64,000 nucleotides of DNA from Phaeosaccion multiseriatum (lineage: Eukaryota; Protista; Ochrophyta, other classes), in contig OZ218955.1 of assembly GCA_965112735.1 (NCBI GenBank), forward strand, positions 1,798,001 to 1,862,000, read 5' to 3'. The notes under the pieces are model-generated. The model did not search any database. It was not told where the DNA came from and saw only the letters and a list, made by a program, of their open reading frames with translations. Shown piece by piece: positions 1 to 12,315 of the stretch. Every line of letters starts with the position of its first letter. Position 1 is the first letter of the stretch. Both the position numbers and the translations under genes were made by a program.

Positions 1-770
1 GAGGGGGGGGAGGAGGAGGACGAGGAGGCCGAGAGCACGTCAATCATGTGCGTGCCTGAGGTGCCCTGAGCCACGGCCCGCTCTCCCTCCCTCCCCACCC
101 TTCGTCCTCCGTGCCGCGCACGTACCTTATGTGCGGCTTGCCTCCAGCTCTCGGGCGCCGTGACCACCACCTGCACCGTCCCTCCGATGAAGCCGCTGCA
201 GTTGTCTGCCCCGCACAGACACACTTGCCGTTTCACCAAGCCTCCAAGAGTATCTGCATTATAGTTGTACTCGAGCTCTGCTCCGTTCCATTACACGATA
301 CCATGGGTGAAAGGGGGGTGGGTGGTGGGGTGGGGAAGGATGGGAGGTTGGACGCGAGAAGGTAGTAATGATTCAATGGGGAGTGGTATGTATGCCATTG
401 TCTCTACTTCTCCCCCTCCCCTTCCTCCTCCTCCTCCTCCTCCACCACCACCACCACCCCCACCACCACCCCATCTCCCCTTCCTCCTTCCATTCCCTCA
501 CCTTCTCCCTCCTCGAGGTCTCTGAGCGCCGCAAGCACCACCCTTGGCTCCCCCTGCACGTTCCACTTTTGCAGCTGACAGTTGGGGTCGCAGCTGTGGT
601 TGGCGAAGCGGGCTTCACTGCCCATGGGTGCCGCATCCAACACCAAATTACCGTCGAGAGAGGCAAAGTAAAAGTCTTTGGTTTGACCCTCGGTGCCCAC
701 CAAGCCCAGCCTCTGTCTGCACTCCTCTACGTCGATCACCTCCCCCAAATACTCGCCTGCAGCAAAAGCA

Positions 771-815
<45 letters not shown>

Positions 816-2965
816 CACAGCAGCAACAGCACAGGAGGCACCACAAGAGGCCGGAGGGTGGGGGGTTACAGAAGTTAGCTCAGCTGCTTTAAATTGGACA
901 ATAATGTGGAGTGCGGCAGTGCAGGAGAAGCAACACCCCGGTGCGATTAACTCACTCAGCATGGTTCCAGCAGGGACGGGCCTTTTCTCAGTGAGGCGAA
1001 GCGCCCACCCTCTGCCGTTGTCGGTTCGAAACACCTCGGTGGCAGGGAATGATCGTCGCTGTAGAGCCGTGTTGGCGCAGTAGCGCTTCTCGTTGGTGGT
1101 GCTGCTGTTGTTGGCTTTGGTCGCCTTGGGCCCTCTATTGTTGGGGCCGTCAGGGCCGATGGAGGGGCAGCGATCAGGCACACACTCCATGAATAGCTGC
1201 AACACGCACACACACACGCACACACACACAAGGAAGAACGGGCAACGGCAATAGCAACATCATTGCACAGGGTCAAGGCAGTAGCAGCAGCAGGAGCGAG
1301 CAGCAGAAGCAGCAGCAGCAGCAAGTTGGGCGATGATCAGTGCATATCGGGTGTAGCAAGGGAAGTGAGTAAAAGGGAAGGCGGGATGGGAGCGGAGCTC
1401 TCTCTCCCTCCCTCTCTCTCTCACACACACGCTCTCTCTCTCTTCCTCCCTCTCCCTCCCTCTCTCCTCTCTCACACACACCCTCTCTCTCTCTTCCTCC
1501 CTCTCCCTCCCTCTCTCCTCTCTCACACGCACGCTCTCTCTCCCTCTCCCTCCCTCTCTCCTCTCTCACTTGTCGGTTGATACAATCGGAGCTACATCCC
1601 GTGGCCGGGGTGCAGGAGCACTGGGGGGCATCGTCCTCCGGTATAGAAGCCTTGCTGATGGCCGCGTTGTTCTTGGGGTACAGATTGGACTTGAGCTTCC
1701 TGTACGGGGGGGGCTGAGGTGGTGCCACGTACGTGTGTGTGTGTGTGTGTGTTTCATTGCGGGAGAACACGGGGAAGAGCAAAAGGGTAGGAGATGAGAA
1801 CGGTGGCTGCCCCGGAGCAAGAGCGATAGAGTGTGTGGGGAAATTCTGCACATGCGCCTGCACTCAATGGCAGACAAACCCAAGCCTGATAGGCTGTGCT
1901 TGCTACTAGGCTGTGCATGTCACTACCCTTTATGTCCGTTCGTCCCTCCCTCCCTCCCACCCTTCGCTCCGCTCCCTTCCCTGCAAAGTGCAAAAGGACG
2001 GGTATCTCAACAGCGCAGCGCTCACTGACCTGTGAATACTTTTTCAGGACGGCGTGCTTCCAATCGTGGGGTATGTCAAAGGGGTCTTCCGCACAGCTCT
2101 CTACCCCTCTCTGGGTGTGGTGTGTGGATCTCGAAGAAGAGGGCCATATGCCCAGGGGGAGGTACTCCAGGGGAAGCTTGAAGGCGCGCACAGTCTTGCT
2201 TCGAGCCGCGGCTTTGAGCTTCTTCAGCATCTTCTCGTTGGCCTGGGTTAGGGAAATAAAAAACAAACAAACAAACATACAAACAAACAAACAAACAAAC
2301 AAACAAACAAACAAACAAACAAACAAACGAGGGGCGGGTGCGTGGGTAGGTTAGGTTGAAACTCAGGCATGTTTTCGGGCAGAAGAACAAGATGGAAAGG
2401 CAGAAGAATAGTCTAAGCGCCACCAAGCCAATGAGAAGGCTCCAAGTGGCGATAATGAAGGATGCAACCAAACCTGCTCTCGCTGCCGGTCGGCTCCACT
2501 GCAAACACAAACAGGCATTGGGGTGCCAATAAATGGGAAAGGGGCGGCGTTTGGTGCAGGAAATGCTAGCCTGACACCTCCGCCATCCATTGAGTAAAGA
2601 GGTCTCACTCAACTGCCCAAGCACCTCGTAGAGCGACACTGCAACGCCCTTAAAAAAAACAAGGGTCGCACCTTCATGTCCACAGCGTCCCGAGTCTCTG
2701 CCGCTGCCTTCCCTTTCTTCTTCGCCTTCCCCTTCGCCACCAAGGCGACCGCCGCCACTTCCGCAGCTTCCTGCTGTCGCTTAGAGAGGCTTGGCCGAGC
2801 AGAGCTGTTCCCTCGCCGAGAACCCATCTCGTCCTTAAAAGGTCTCCTTTCCTCCTCCACAGCTTCATCCTCAGCTTTCTCCGGCGCTTCTCCGCCCGCC
2901 ACCTTGTTCTTCTCACTACTCCCCTCACATGACCCTGTTCCACTCCCTCTCCTTCCTCTCGGCAT
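1..2965 (-). CDS. Histone-lysine N-methyltransferase, AWS-SET-postSET (SETD2/ASH1/NSD H3K36 class); 3' end runs off the window
   Basis: Spliced exons ~2672-2965, 2030-2242, 1570-1713, 956-1196, 502-756 and 126-277 join in frame through GT-AG introns. They give PPPYRKLKSNLY, AWS (CSCTPATGCSSDCINRQLFMECVPDRC...CANTALQRR), SET (GRGWAL...EYLGEVI...ARFANHSCDPNC...ELEYNY) and post-SET (CLCGADNCSGFIG). Confidence 0.92.
2261..2327. repeat. (AAAC)n intronic microsatellite
   Basis: Visible tandem AAAC run in SET gene intron 1. Confidence 0.95.
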
Positions 2966-3779
2966 GCTTTGAAAAAAGACCAAGGAAATAGGGAAATCGA
3001 AAAAGGGTAGGCCAATGTGGATTGCTAAAGATTCCTCTACCCAGGTGTGTTGAGGTGACTTAAATTTCAAAGGGACCTGAACCAAAACTGAGAAGGACGA
3101 GGACCGATATCGCTGACGAAGTAGATAGAGACGGCTCCCACGCGCAGGGAGGGAGAGAGGACGTGAAGGAAAGAAGGGAGGGAAGAGTGCACTCGCTTGA
3201 CGCACGAGTGAAGTTCAACAGAGAAAAGGTATCCTAGTCATCAGCGGGGACATTGCACATCACCTCTCTCTCCAGGGTGGTGCCAGCAGGAAGGGCCGAG
3301 GAAGCGGGGGGGGGGGAGAGCAATATAGAGGTGGGCCTGGTGCGGGAACGCAGGGGGGCGACGCAGCCTCTGATACGCAGCTACTGTTTTCCTCTTTAAG
3401 GTGAGCGGGACATGCGGGAGCGTGCATTCCGAAAGTGTCCTACAAATTCATCCGAAGCAACAAGTTTGTCCTGTGTTCCTCGCCTGGTCTCGCCCGTCCG
3501 TGAAGCGCATCCCACTTGCGCCCCCCTCCCTCCTAACGCGCCACCCACAGAGCTCAGAGCTCTGCGCCCTTGGATTTACCACGGCCTTTTTTATACTAGG
3601 TCCAATTCCATGCTTCCATTCCCCCCCTTTTTTTGTCCCCCCCAGGGCCTCTGCGCATCTGTGCACCCCTTTCCTCACTCCGCGTTACTCCTCTCCTCTG
3701 CCCCGTCTGTCTCGGCCCCTCGTCCCCTCCCCACGCAGCCCCCTCTTGATATTGGCGCTGTCGTAAGGGCTTGGAAACC

Positions 3780-6700
3780 ATGGCCGCCCCGGCAAGGAAG
3801 AAGGAGCCCATGCCGGTGCCGTCTGCCTTTGACCTCATCAACTTCTGCGGCATGTGCTTCTCGGCCAACGATGATGAAAACCTGCCCCCGTCGACGATGG
3901 AGGACTACCCTGGAAACGCAGAGGAGGACGAGCCAGAGTCGGCGAGGCCTGCGTTCGGCGCCAAGCCCAAATGGCCCCCTGTCGCCACCAACTACCTAGG
4001 GAGGAAAGACTCCGCATCTTCGAATACCAGCGAGGGGGGGGGGGATTCCGCGCGCCAGTGGCCCGCCCTCGCCGGCTCCACACATTCCAAGCCCAAGTGG
4101 CCCCCTGTCGCTACCAACTACCTGGGAAGGAAGGATTCAGCGTCTTCAAACACCAGCGAAGGAGAGGCGAAGCCGCAGTGGCCCGCTCTGGCAGGCTCTT
4201 CAAGTCGCAATGGCAGTGGTAGTGTTAGCGGCAGTGGCGGTGTGAAGCCCAAGTGGCCCCCTGTCGCTACCAGCTACCTGCCGAGGAAGGACTCTGCTTC
4301 GTCCAACACGAGTGAAGCGGCAGCGATAGCAACATCTGGCCAGCCCGTTCCTCCACCGGTTGCCGCTGCTGCTGCTGCTGCTGCCCAGACCGGCAGGCAT
4401 CTACCGCCGAAGGAAGCGGCGGAAGCAGCGTCGTCTGCGAATGGCAAGCCCAAGTGGCCCCCTGTCGCCACCAGCTACCTGCAGAGAAAGGATTCAGCTG
4501 CGTCGAACACCAGTGAAGGAGGAGGAGGAGGAGGAGGAGGAGGAGGAGGAGCGCGTCCTAGTGCCGCAGCAACAGCAGCACCTGCCACCAGCTCCAGCGG
4601 GGATGAGGCACCAAAGGAGGCACAAGCGGCTTCAGCTGCCGGTGGGGTGCCGGAGGCGAACAGCAATGGGGTGCAGAGTGGACAGAAAGTTGGGGCTGCT
4701 GTATTACCAACTGCAGCGGATTCACCGCTGAAGGAGGTGAGGACCGCACCCAACCCTTTCCGATGGTCCCCATACCCCCTTTTTTTGTCACTGTGGGTGC
4801 GTGTTTAGGTTGATTCCTTACTCTAACCCTCGAAGAGTATGGTCAATGCGATTCCCTGCCTGTGTCAACTTTCTGTGTGTCGCCCCCCCGCCCCCCCCTT
4901 TCTTACACCCTCCCTCTCTCTCTCTCTCGTCCGTGCTTTGGAAAACAGGGCGAGAGCAGCAGCGACCCGAGCGGCAGCAGCAGGTTCAACAGTGGGGGGG
5001 GTAAGCGGGCCCCCGCCGTCGCAGAAGCGAGTATCTTGGACGTGATCAACGCCACGTGGAAGGGAGAGACGGGAGGGCCAGCCAAGAAGAAGAAAAACAA
5101 GTCGCCGACGGACGCTGCTGGGGCGGGCGGGCCGGTGGGAGTATTGCCGCTGCAGGGGGGGGGCAGCGAGGTGACGATGCTGAAGGTGTTGGACAGTGAC
5201 ACGAAGGCGTCGACGGGAGGAGGAGGAGGAGGAGGAGGAGGAGGAGGAGGAGCAGCAGCTGGGGTAGCAGCAGCTGGGGCAGCAGTGGCTGGTGCCTTGG
5301 CTGTGGGAGGGGGGGAACAAGGGCAAGGGCAAGGCAGCAAGATGGGGCCCGCCCCCGCCGCTGCTCTTCCTCCTCCGCCTTCTTCTTCTGGCCAGGCCTT
5401 GCAAGGGAAAGTGAAACTGTCGCTGTCGGATAGGTCAGCGCAGCTAGCGGAGCGACTGACCGGACAGGAGGGGGAGGAGGCGGAAGAGAAGACGGAGGAG
5501 GGTAGGGTTGCGCGACAAGGGGAGAAGGGATTGTCAGCAGAAGACGCCGCAAGGGGAGTGGGGGCAGGTGGGGTTGGGGTGGGCGGCGGAGGAGGGGGAG
5601 GAGGACAAGCACGCGGTCTGAGCCAAGTACCGGAGGAAGGCTCGAGATTCGAACCGGAGGAAGGCGCAAGGTCCTTCGGGTGGGCCGAGCAGCAGCTGGA
5701 GCAGATCAATGAGGAGGAAGGGGAGGAGAAGAAGTGGGGGGGTGATGACAGCCCAGTGTCCAGTGGGAATGGAAGGGGGGGAGGAGAGAGGCCGGTGCTG
5801 AACAACCCCAGGGCTGAGCTGGCGAGGAAGAAGAGCGAGAAGGCCTTGCGCATGGCTCGAATGGCCGACAAGGAGAGGGTCATTGCGCATGAAGACTCCA
5901 AGCAGGTATGTGGGCGGGTGGTAAGTGTGTGGGGGGTTGCTTCCCTCCCCCCTCTTCTCTTCTTGTGTGTGTTTACTACAAACACAATTGGTTCGCCCTT
6001 CCTCTTGTTCATTGCTGTCGATGCTCTCTTGCTACAGATTTGTTGCTGATTGTGTGTGTTTAACTCTTCGAGCGCCGCTTCCTTACACTTGCCGAACTTT
6101 TGCCGTTTCGTGCCCTCCTATCCCTGTCCCAATGCAATCCGTACCCTGCCCCTGACCCTGACCCTGACCCTCCCCCCACTCTACTGTTGGGGTCTGTGGT
6201 GGGTGTTCATACATATCGACCAACGCACACATAGCGCAAGTACACGGAACGGGCGGCACAGGAGCGAAAGAGCTACCGAGACGCGTTGGTAAAGGTGAGG
6301 GAGGAGCTCCTCAAGGGGATGCACGTGAGTAAGCGCTCCACTGGGGAGGGCGTCATTAGCCGAGCGGCCTGGAAGGACCGGATTATCTCGCTCGACGACA
6401 GGTAAGGAGGAAGGGGAGGGATATAGGAGGGAGGAGGGGGGGGGGGGGAGGAGGAAGAGGAGGCGGAGGAGGAGGAGGAGGAGGAGGAGGAGGAGGAGGA
6501 GAAGGGAGAGGAGGAGGAGCAGTAGCGGCAGCAGGAGGAGGAGGAGGAGGAGGAGGAGGAGGAGGAGGAGGAGGAGGACTGTAGGGGTCGTCAAGGATCT
6601 CTCCTCCCCCTGCCCATTCCCTCGTGTGTCCGTCGTGCTCGCCGCCCACCGTTCTTCTCTATTCCTCGGTTTCTCTTGCTTCTCTTTTTGTCTTCCTCTC

Positions 6701-8007
6701 TCCCTCCCTCCGTCCCTCCCATTGACTTACTGACCTCAGGGATTCGTACCTGGTGGTATCCAAGAAGAGGAGCAAGACGGCAGACAAATTCGTTGACTTC
6801 GACGAGCTCGAAGAGGTTTGTGCGCTGGTATGCGTGTGTGTGTCTGTCGTACTTTTAGAGGCATTTGAAAATCAGGCACAATGTTTTCCTTGTCACCTTG
6901 TGTGTTTCTTCCTCCCTTCCTCTCTCTCTCACTCAGTCAAACACTCAAACAAGCAGAACTAACACACACACGTACACGTACGATACATGCACAGGTTGTC
7001 GACGACGCGTCTGCAAAGACGGCAACCTTGCTGTTACGCAAGGCGAGCAGCGGAGACGAATCCAAGTGGAGCTTCCGCCTGGCGGACGATAAGCAGCACC
7101 TGTACCCTTCCTTCCTCGCCTACCTCAAACTCCGGCTAGAGTTCAAGTACAGAAACGCGGTGGTAGAGGAGGAAAAGCGACTCGGTACAGACAATGTGTC
7201 GGTGGCCAAGACGCTTGCGAAGCTGACGTCCATCATGCTTTCGGAGGTACGTGAAAGAGCAAGAGTAAAGCTTTAGAGTAAAGGCACAGGGAACTAGACA
7301 AGAGAGAAAAGAGGCGAGAGGAGAGAGAGAGCAGATAGACAGAGCGAGAGGAGAGGGACGAGAGCGGCGGAGGAATGGCAATGGATGTGGCCCAATCCAG
7401 TGAGGGAGAACGGCCGTATAGGGAGGCAGGAGCTTTTCCTTCGCCCCATTCGTACGCCGAAGCAACACTAAGCCCTCCTCCTCCTCCTCCTCCTCCTCCT
7501 CCTCCTCCTCCCCTCTCCCTACCTCTTCCCCCATTCCCCACAGAACAAGTTGGAGGAGAGCACCCCCCTGGTGAAGAAGTCTCTCTCCATCGAGTCCACT
7601 GTGTTCGGCCCCGACAACCCTCAGACGCTGCGCACCTTGCAGACGCTCAAGGACATTCTCATCAAACAGGTCAGTTGTCAGTTGTCAGTTGCTCGTCCAA
7701 CTTGATCTTTCTCTCTCTTTCTCTCTCTCTCTCGGTCGGTCGGTCTGTCTGTCTGTCTGTGTGCCTCCTCTCTCTCTCTCTCAGCAGTGCAGTCTTCTTA
7801 TCTCAAGTCCTTTTACTGTGTGTGTGTTTTTTTGTTTTTTTTACTCTTTGTCCTTTTGTCTGTCGTCCTTATTTGTGACAGGGGCGGGACAAGGAGGCCA
7901 CCGACCTGGAGAACAGCGCTCGGCTGACCAAAATGATGGACGACAGCGCCCTCGACTCCGCGGGCAGTGTGGCGTCAGGAGGGGCGAAGGAAAAACCTTG
8001 GCAATAG
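3780..8007 (+). CDS. Uncharacterised protein: 4x KPKWPPVAT repeat, low-complexity/coiled-coil region, PH-like domain, C-terminal kinesin-light-chain-type TPR pair
   Basis: Exons ~3780-4736, 4949-5905, 6235-6401, 6740-6815, 6994-7245, 7544-7669, 7882-8007 splice in frame to a TAG stop. The PH-like segment is LLKGMHVSKRS...WKDRIISLD...FVDFDELEEV...WSFRL...FLAYLKLRL. The TPR-like segment is LGTDNVSVAKTLAKL...KKSLSIESTVFGPDNPQTLRTLQTL. Confidence 0.75.
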
Positions 8008-8884
8008 TCGCTGTCGGCTCTTTTGAAGGCAGATGGAGGGACGCGTATGGAGCGACGCCTGAGGGGGGGCTTCCATCGAGGCGGGGGCGGGCGTCTATTG
8101 TTGCCAAGTGTATTATAAAGGGGTGAGGGAGGGGGGAGGAGAGCACTTGTGCTTAGCCCGGTTCATAGGGTATGTATGTCACGTCTATAGGCGACACACA
8201 AAGGAGGGTTACATTAGGTTAGGTTACGAATGAATTAGAGGGAGGGGGGGCAAGACGAGTGGAGGGAGATGGGGAGTGGATGTGAGGCAGACAGGAGGAA
8301 CGAATCACTTCAATCACTTCACTCGAGAGTTTATAGCACTTCAGTGCTTGCTTCAGCATTTAGGAACCAATACGATCGCGGGCATACCTCCGTTTGTTAG
8401 AGAAGCAATAACTGTAGCACCAACAGATTTAGAAAAAAGAAGAAAGGATGTCAAACTAATAAACATTCCACAGAAGAGTAGGGAAAGTACCAAGCGTCAC
8501 AAGCGGTAAGAGGTTGCAGCAGCAGCAACAGCAGTTGAAGTGAAGAGAGTGTATTCATTTGTCTATTCGTATGTACATTGTGGTAAGTAAGTTGGTACGT
8601 CGGTCTCCTCCTCCTCCTCCTCCTCCCCCTCCACCTCCTCCCCCTGCTCCTCCTCCCTCCTCCGCCTCCTCCTCCTCCTCCTCCCTCCTCCTCCTCCTCC
8701 TCCTCCTCCTCCCTCCTCTTCCTCGCCCTCTTGTTCTTTCTCCTCCTCCTCCTTCCTCCTCCTCCTCCTCCTCCTCCTCCTCCTCCTGCCTCCTCTTCCT
8801 CGCCCTCGGGCGAGTGAGACAATGAGCCCTGATCAAGCAGGGGCGAGGGAGGGGCAAGTCACCGACGCTTCTGCAGCCTCCAAT

Positions 8885-11883
8885 TCACGACATTTGATAT
8901 GTCTTGGACCACTTGATGACCTCGGACGGCTTTCCTCCAGTGGCTGCCTTCTTGCCCTTCTCCCCCTCCTCCTCACCATCCTCACGACTATCATCAGCAT
9001 GCGTACTGCCCTCCTCGTCTTCATCCGGGCGAGCCACCTTTGTGACTGTGTGACTGAACTTGACGTCATAGAGGCGCTTGTTACTGTCTTGGCGTGTGAG
9101 GGCGATGCTTCCCTCAATGCTGCACCTCGGCCACACATCGCATGCCTCCTGCGAAAGGGCGGAGATACGAGGGTGCAGTACACGTAAGAAAGAAAAAAAG
9201 AAGAAAGGGAGAAAGAAATATCGCTGGTAGAGGAAGGTCAGGGGTGAGGGTCAGGGTCAGGGTCATGGTCAGGATCAGAGAGGAGTGGGCCCTCCGGTGC
9301 ATCGTCACCATTAAACTAAACGTCTGGCTTAAAGACGCTTGAAAACGGACACACAAAACCACACACACACCAACCAACCAACCAACCAACCAAGCAACCA
9401 ACCAACCAACCAACCTTGAAGTAGAAGACCTGCTGCCCCCAGTGGGTGTACCCATTCTCGGGTGCGGTACTCAGTGTGACCCACTCACTGGCCGGGTTCT
9501 GCTCCGAACCTCTAAAGTCCACGGTGAACCAACCCGCATAGCCGCTGATCCTCGCCTCTTCCTCAATGGGGTCGAAGCTGAAGTTTGTGGACGTTACACC
9601 TGCTGCCTCCTCCATTGTGCATGTGTTGAGGTCGAAGGTGGCAATCATCGCCTGTTGCGTGGGTGTGTGGGTGTTTGTGCGTGGGGGGGTTAGGGTTAGG
9701 GTAAGGGTGAGAGTGAGGGTGAGGGTGAGGTGAGTGCAAGGGTGGTCGGGGGAGATGATGGCAGTGGATGTGGAGGAGGAGGAGGAGGAGGAGGAGGAGG
9801 AGGAGGAGAAGGAGAAGGAGAAGGAGGAGTAGTACGCGCACGCACGCACGCACGCACTCACCTCGTCTCCTACTATCTGCCTGGGCTGCAACTCCGTCCA
9901 GAAGCCCGAGCCTAAGAAGTAGGACTCCTGCTCCGTCTCGTAGCCCTTCTCGATGGCGCTCATGTCGAGGTTGTAGTAACGCTGCGTCTCGTCCTTGAAG
10001 CTGTGCCTATGGGGGGTGAGTGGATGGCAGTGGATGGGGTGAATGGCTGTGGGTGAGTGGGTGTGATGGTACGGACTAGAGGGACCCTGCACTCATTCAC
10101 ACTCTCATGCAGTCACGCACGCACCCACCAACCCACCCACCCATCACACTCACTCCCTCCCTCAACTCACCACTCTTGCATGGAGGATATACAGTCTTGC
10201 ATCTTTCTAAGTCGGTCCTGCTCATACTTGACGAGGCCAATGTACATAGTAGCGTGACTTGGGTACATTGCGCCACCCACTTTCATAAACTTGTCTCTGG
10301 CACGGATGAGACTGTCCAGCATGCTCTCTCTGAGGAGGAAGTAGCCCATCCACTCCGACACGATGATGTCGACTTTGCAGGGCAGCTCGAGCTTCTCCAC
10401 GCTGTGAAGGGAGTGAGTGAGTGAGTGAGTGAGTGAGTGAGGGAGGGAGGGAGGGAGTGAGTGAGTGAATGAGTGAATGAGTGAGTGAACGAATGAGTGA
10501 GTGAGGGGACAGACGAGGACAAGAGGGGGGGGCGGCTTTGTTACAGCGGGCTCTGGGGCCTCCTCGCCCCCCGACCACTCATCTTCGCTTACTACTGACT
10601 TCCCCCCAGCAAGTGGCGGCGCCATTTGTGAGGAAGTGTCCTCCCAACTTGCCACCATACTACTCACGTGGTCTGGATGACCTCCACGATCCCCCCCAGC
10701 CCGTTCTTCTCCACAAGCTTCTTGGCGCTCTTGGCCATGTCCGTGAACTCCACTGCGTACACCTGCCACGTGGGTGTGCACGCACGTACATACGGATGGA
10801 TGGATGGGTGAATGGATGGATGGATGGATGGATGGATGGATGAATGGATAGATGAATGGATAGATGGATGGATGGGTGGATGCATGGATGGATGAATGGA
10901 TAGATGGATGGATGGGTGGATGGATGGGTGGGTGGGTGGATGCATGGATCGATGGACGGATGGATAGATAGATAGATAGATAGGTAGGTACATAGATAGA
11001 TAGGTGGGTGGATGGATGGATGGATAGATGGGTGGATGGATGGATGGATGGATAGATGGATGGATAGATAGGTGGTGGATGGATCCATGGACGGATGGAT
11101 GGTGGCAACGAGGGATAGATAGAAAAGACATCAGCGTCGTGCTCAAAAGCGATGGATGGGTGTATACTTGCCATTGCAAGGTGCGGGACCTTTCCACCCA
11201 CCCACATACCCCACTCCTCTCCCCCACCTCCTCCTTTCTCCATCGTCCATCCACTGCCATCCCCCGCACCTTCTTGGCGCCTGCCTGCGCCGCCCACATG
11301 GCGAGCACTCCACTGCCCGTGCCCACATCGAGCACCACCTTGTCCTTGAACTGGTCGACGTTGCTCATGATGGCCGAGTGGTAGGCGTTCATGCGCAGGT
11401 GGTCGGCAAGCATCTGCTTCTGGTGGTAGAGGCTGGCGTACGCGCAGAAATCTGGGTGTGGGTGAGGGGGGTGGGGGGTGGGGGGGGGGGGGTGGCGGTG
11501 CAGGAGGAGAGGGGTTAGAACAGCAACCCCTTCTGGACAGACATGGGGGGGCGGACGTTTGGATTTGATCCGGCTGACAAGGTCTCCAACCATCTTCTCC
11601 CCTTTCCTCCCAAATGTGCTCCCTCCCGATCCCCTCCCCCCCCCCAGATCCCCCCCAAGGGGGGCCAGACACACCAAGTAGGGTGACGGTAGTGCAAGAC
11701 TGCGAGCGAGCGAGCAAACAAAAACAAGCACTTACAATTTGCCACGTCCTCGGCTCCTCCCACATTCTGCGTCCTGCCCGACTTTACGGCGCCCGCCGGT
11801 GGGGCAGGGGGCGGAGCGACAGCCCCAGCGTTGCCACCATTGGGTGCCAGGACCCTACCCGAGCCGCTACCCTGAGCCGCCAT
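8885..11883 (-). CDS. PRMT10: Protein arginine N-methyltransferase, PRMT10-like
   Basis: Spliced motifs [17 protein letters not shown], motif [17 protein letters not shown], double-E loop [17 protein letters not shown], and THW loop (YTHWGQQVF). About 7 exons; stop TGA at 8885-8887. Confidence 0.93.
10793..11101. repeat. (ATGG/ATAG/GTGG)n compound microsatellite in a PRMT intron
   Basis: About 300 bp of tetranucleotide repeat. Confidence 0.95.
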
Positions 11884-12315
11884 GTCTATCTCTCTATATC
11901 TCTCTCCTACGGGCAAGCTCCAAGCCTTCCCCCCCCCAAGAGCAGCACCCGAGCGGGGTTGGGCTGTGCGGCCCTAGGCACGTCCTCAAGTTTTCAGGCT
12001 CTCTCTCCTCCTCTTCTCCTGACTCTTACTGAGAGAGTGAATATATGACAGCGCGACGGAAGGGTTCGACCTTTACAGCGTAGTGCTTCAGCTGGTGTCT
12101 CTGTTCGTTCCCTGGCTAATTGAGATATCGATTTGGATATCCGATTTGGCCCTAAGTCAATTGGAAGGATGGCACTCTACGTCTGTCCTTGACTGGCATG
12201 GCATGGCATTATTTTTTATAACATAGGTCAGAAAGAAGTGATCCATAGCAGCACGCCGTTGCGCGGTTGCGTGCGTGTGAGCAGCAAGGAGTAGTCTTTC
12301 CCTTTTCCCTTTGAT

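Noticed and set aside
2609-2671. Short ORF end CRSTRCLGS* suggesting a premature stop in the SET gene
   Set aside because: It lies within intron 1; exon 1 (phase 0) joins directly to ANEKMLKK at 2242.
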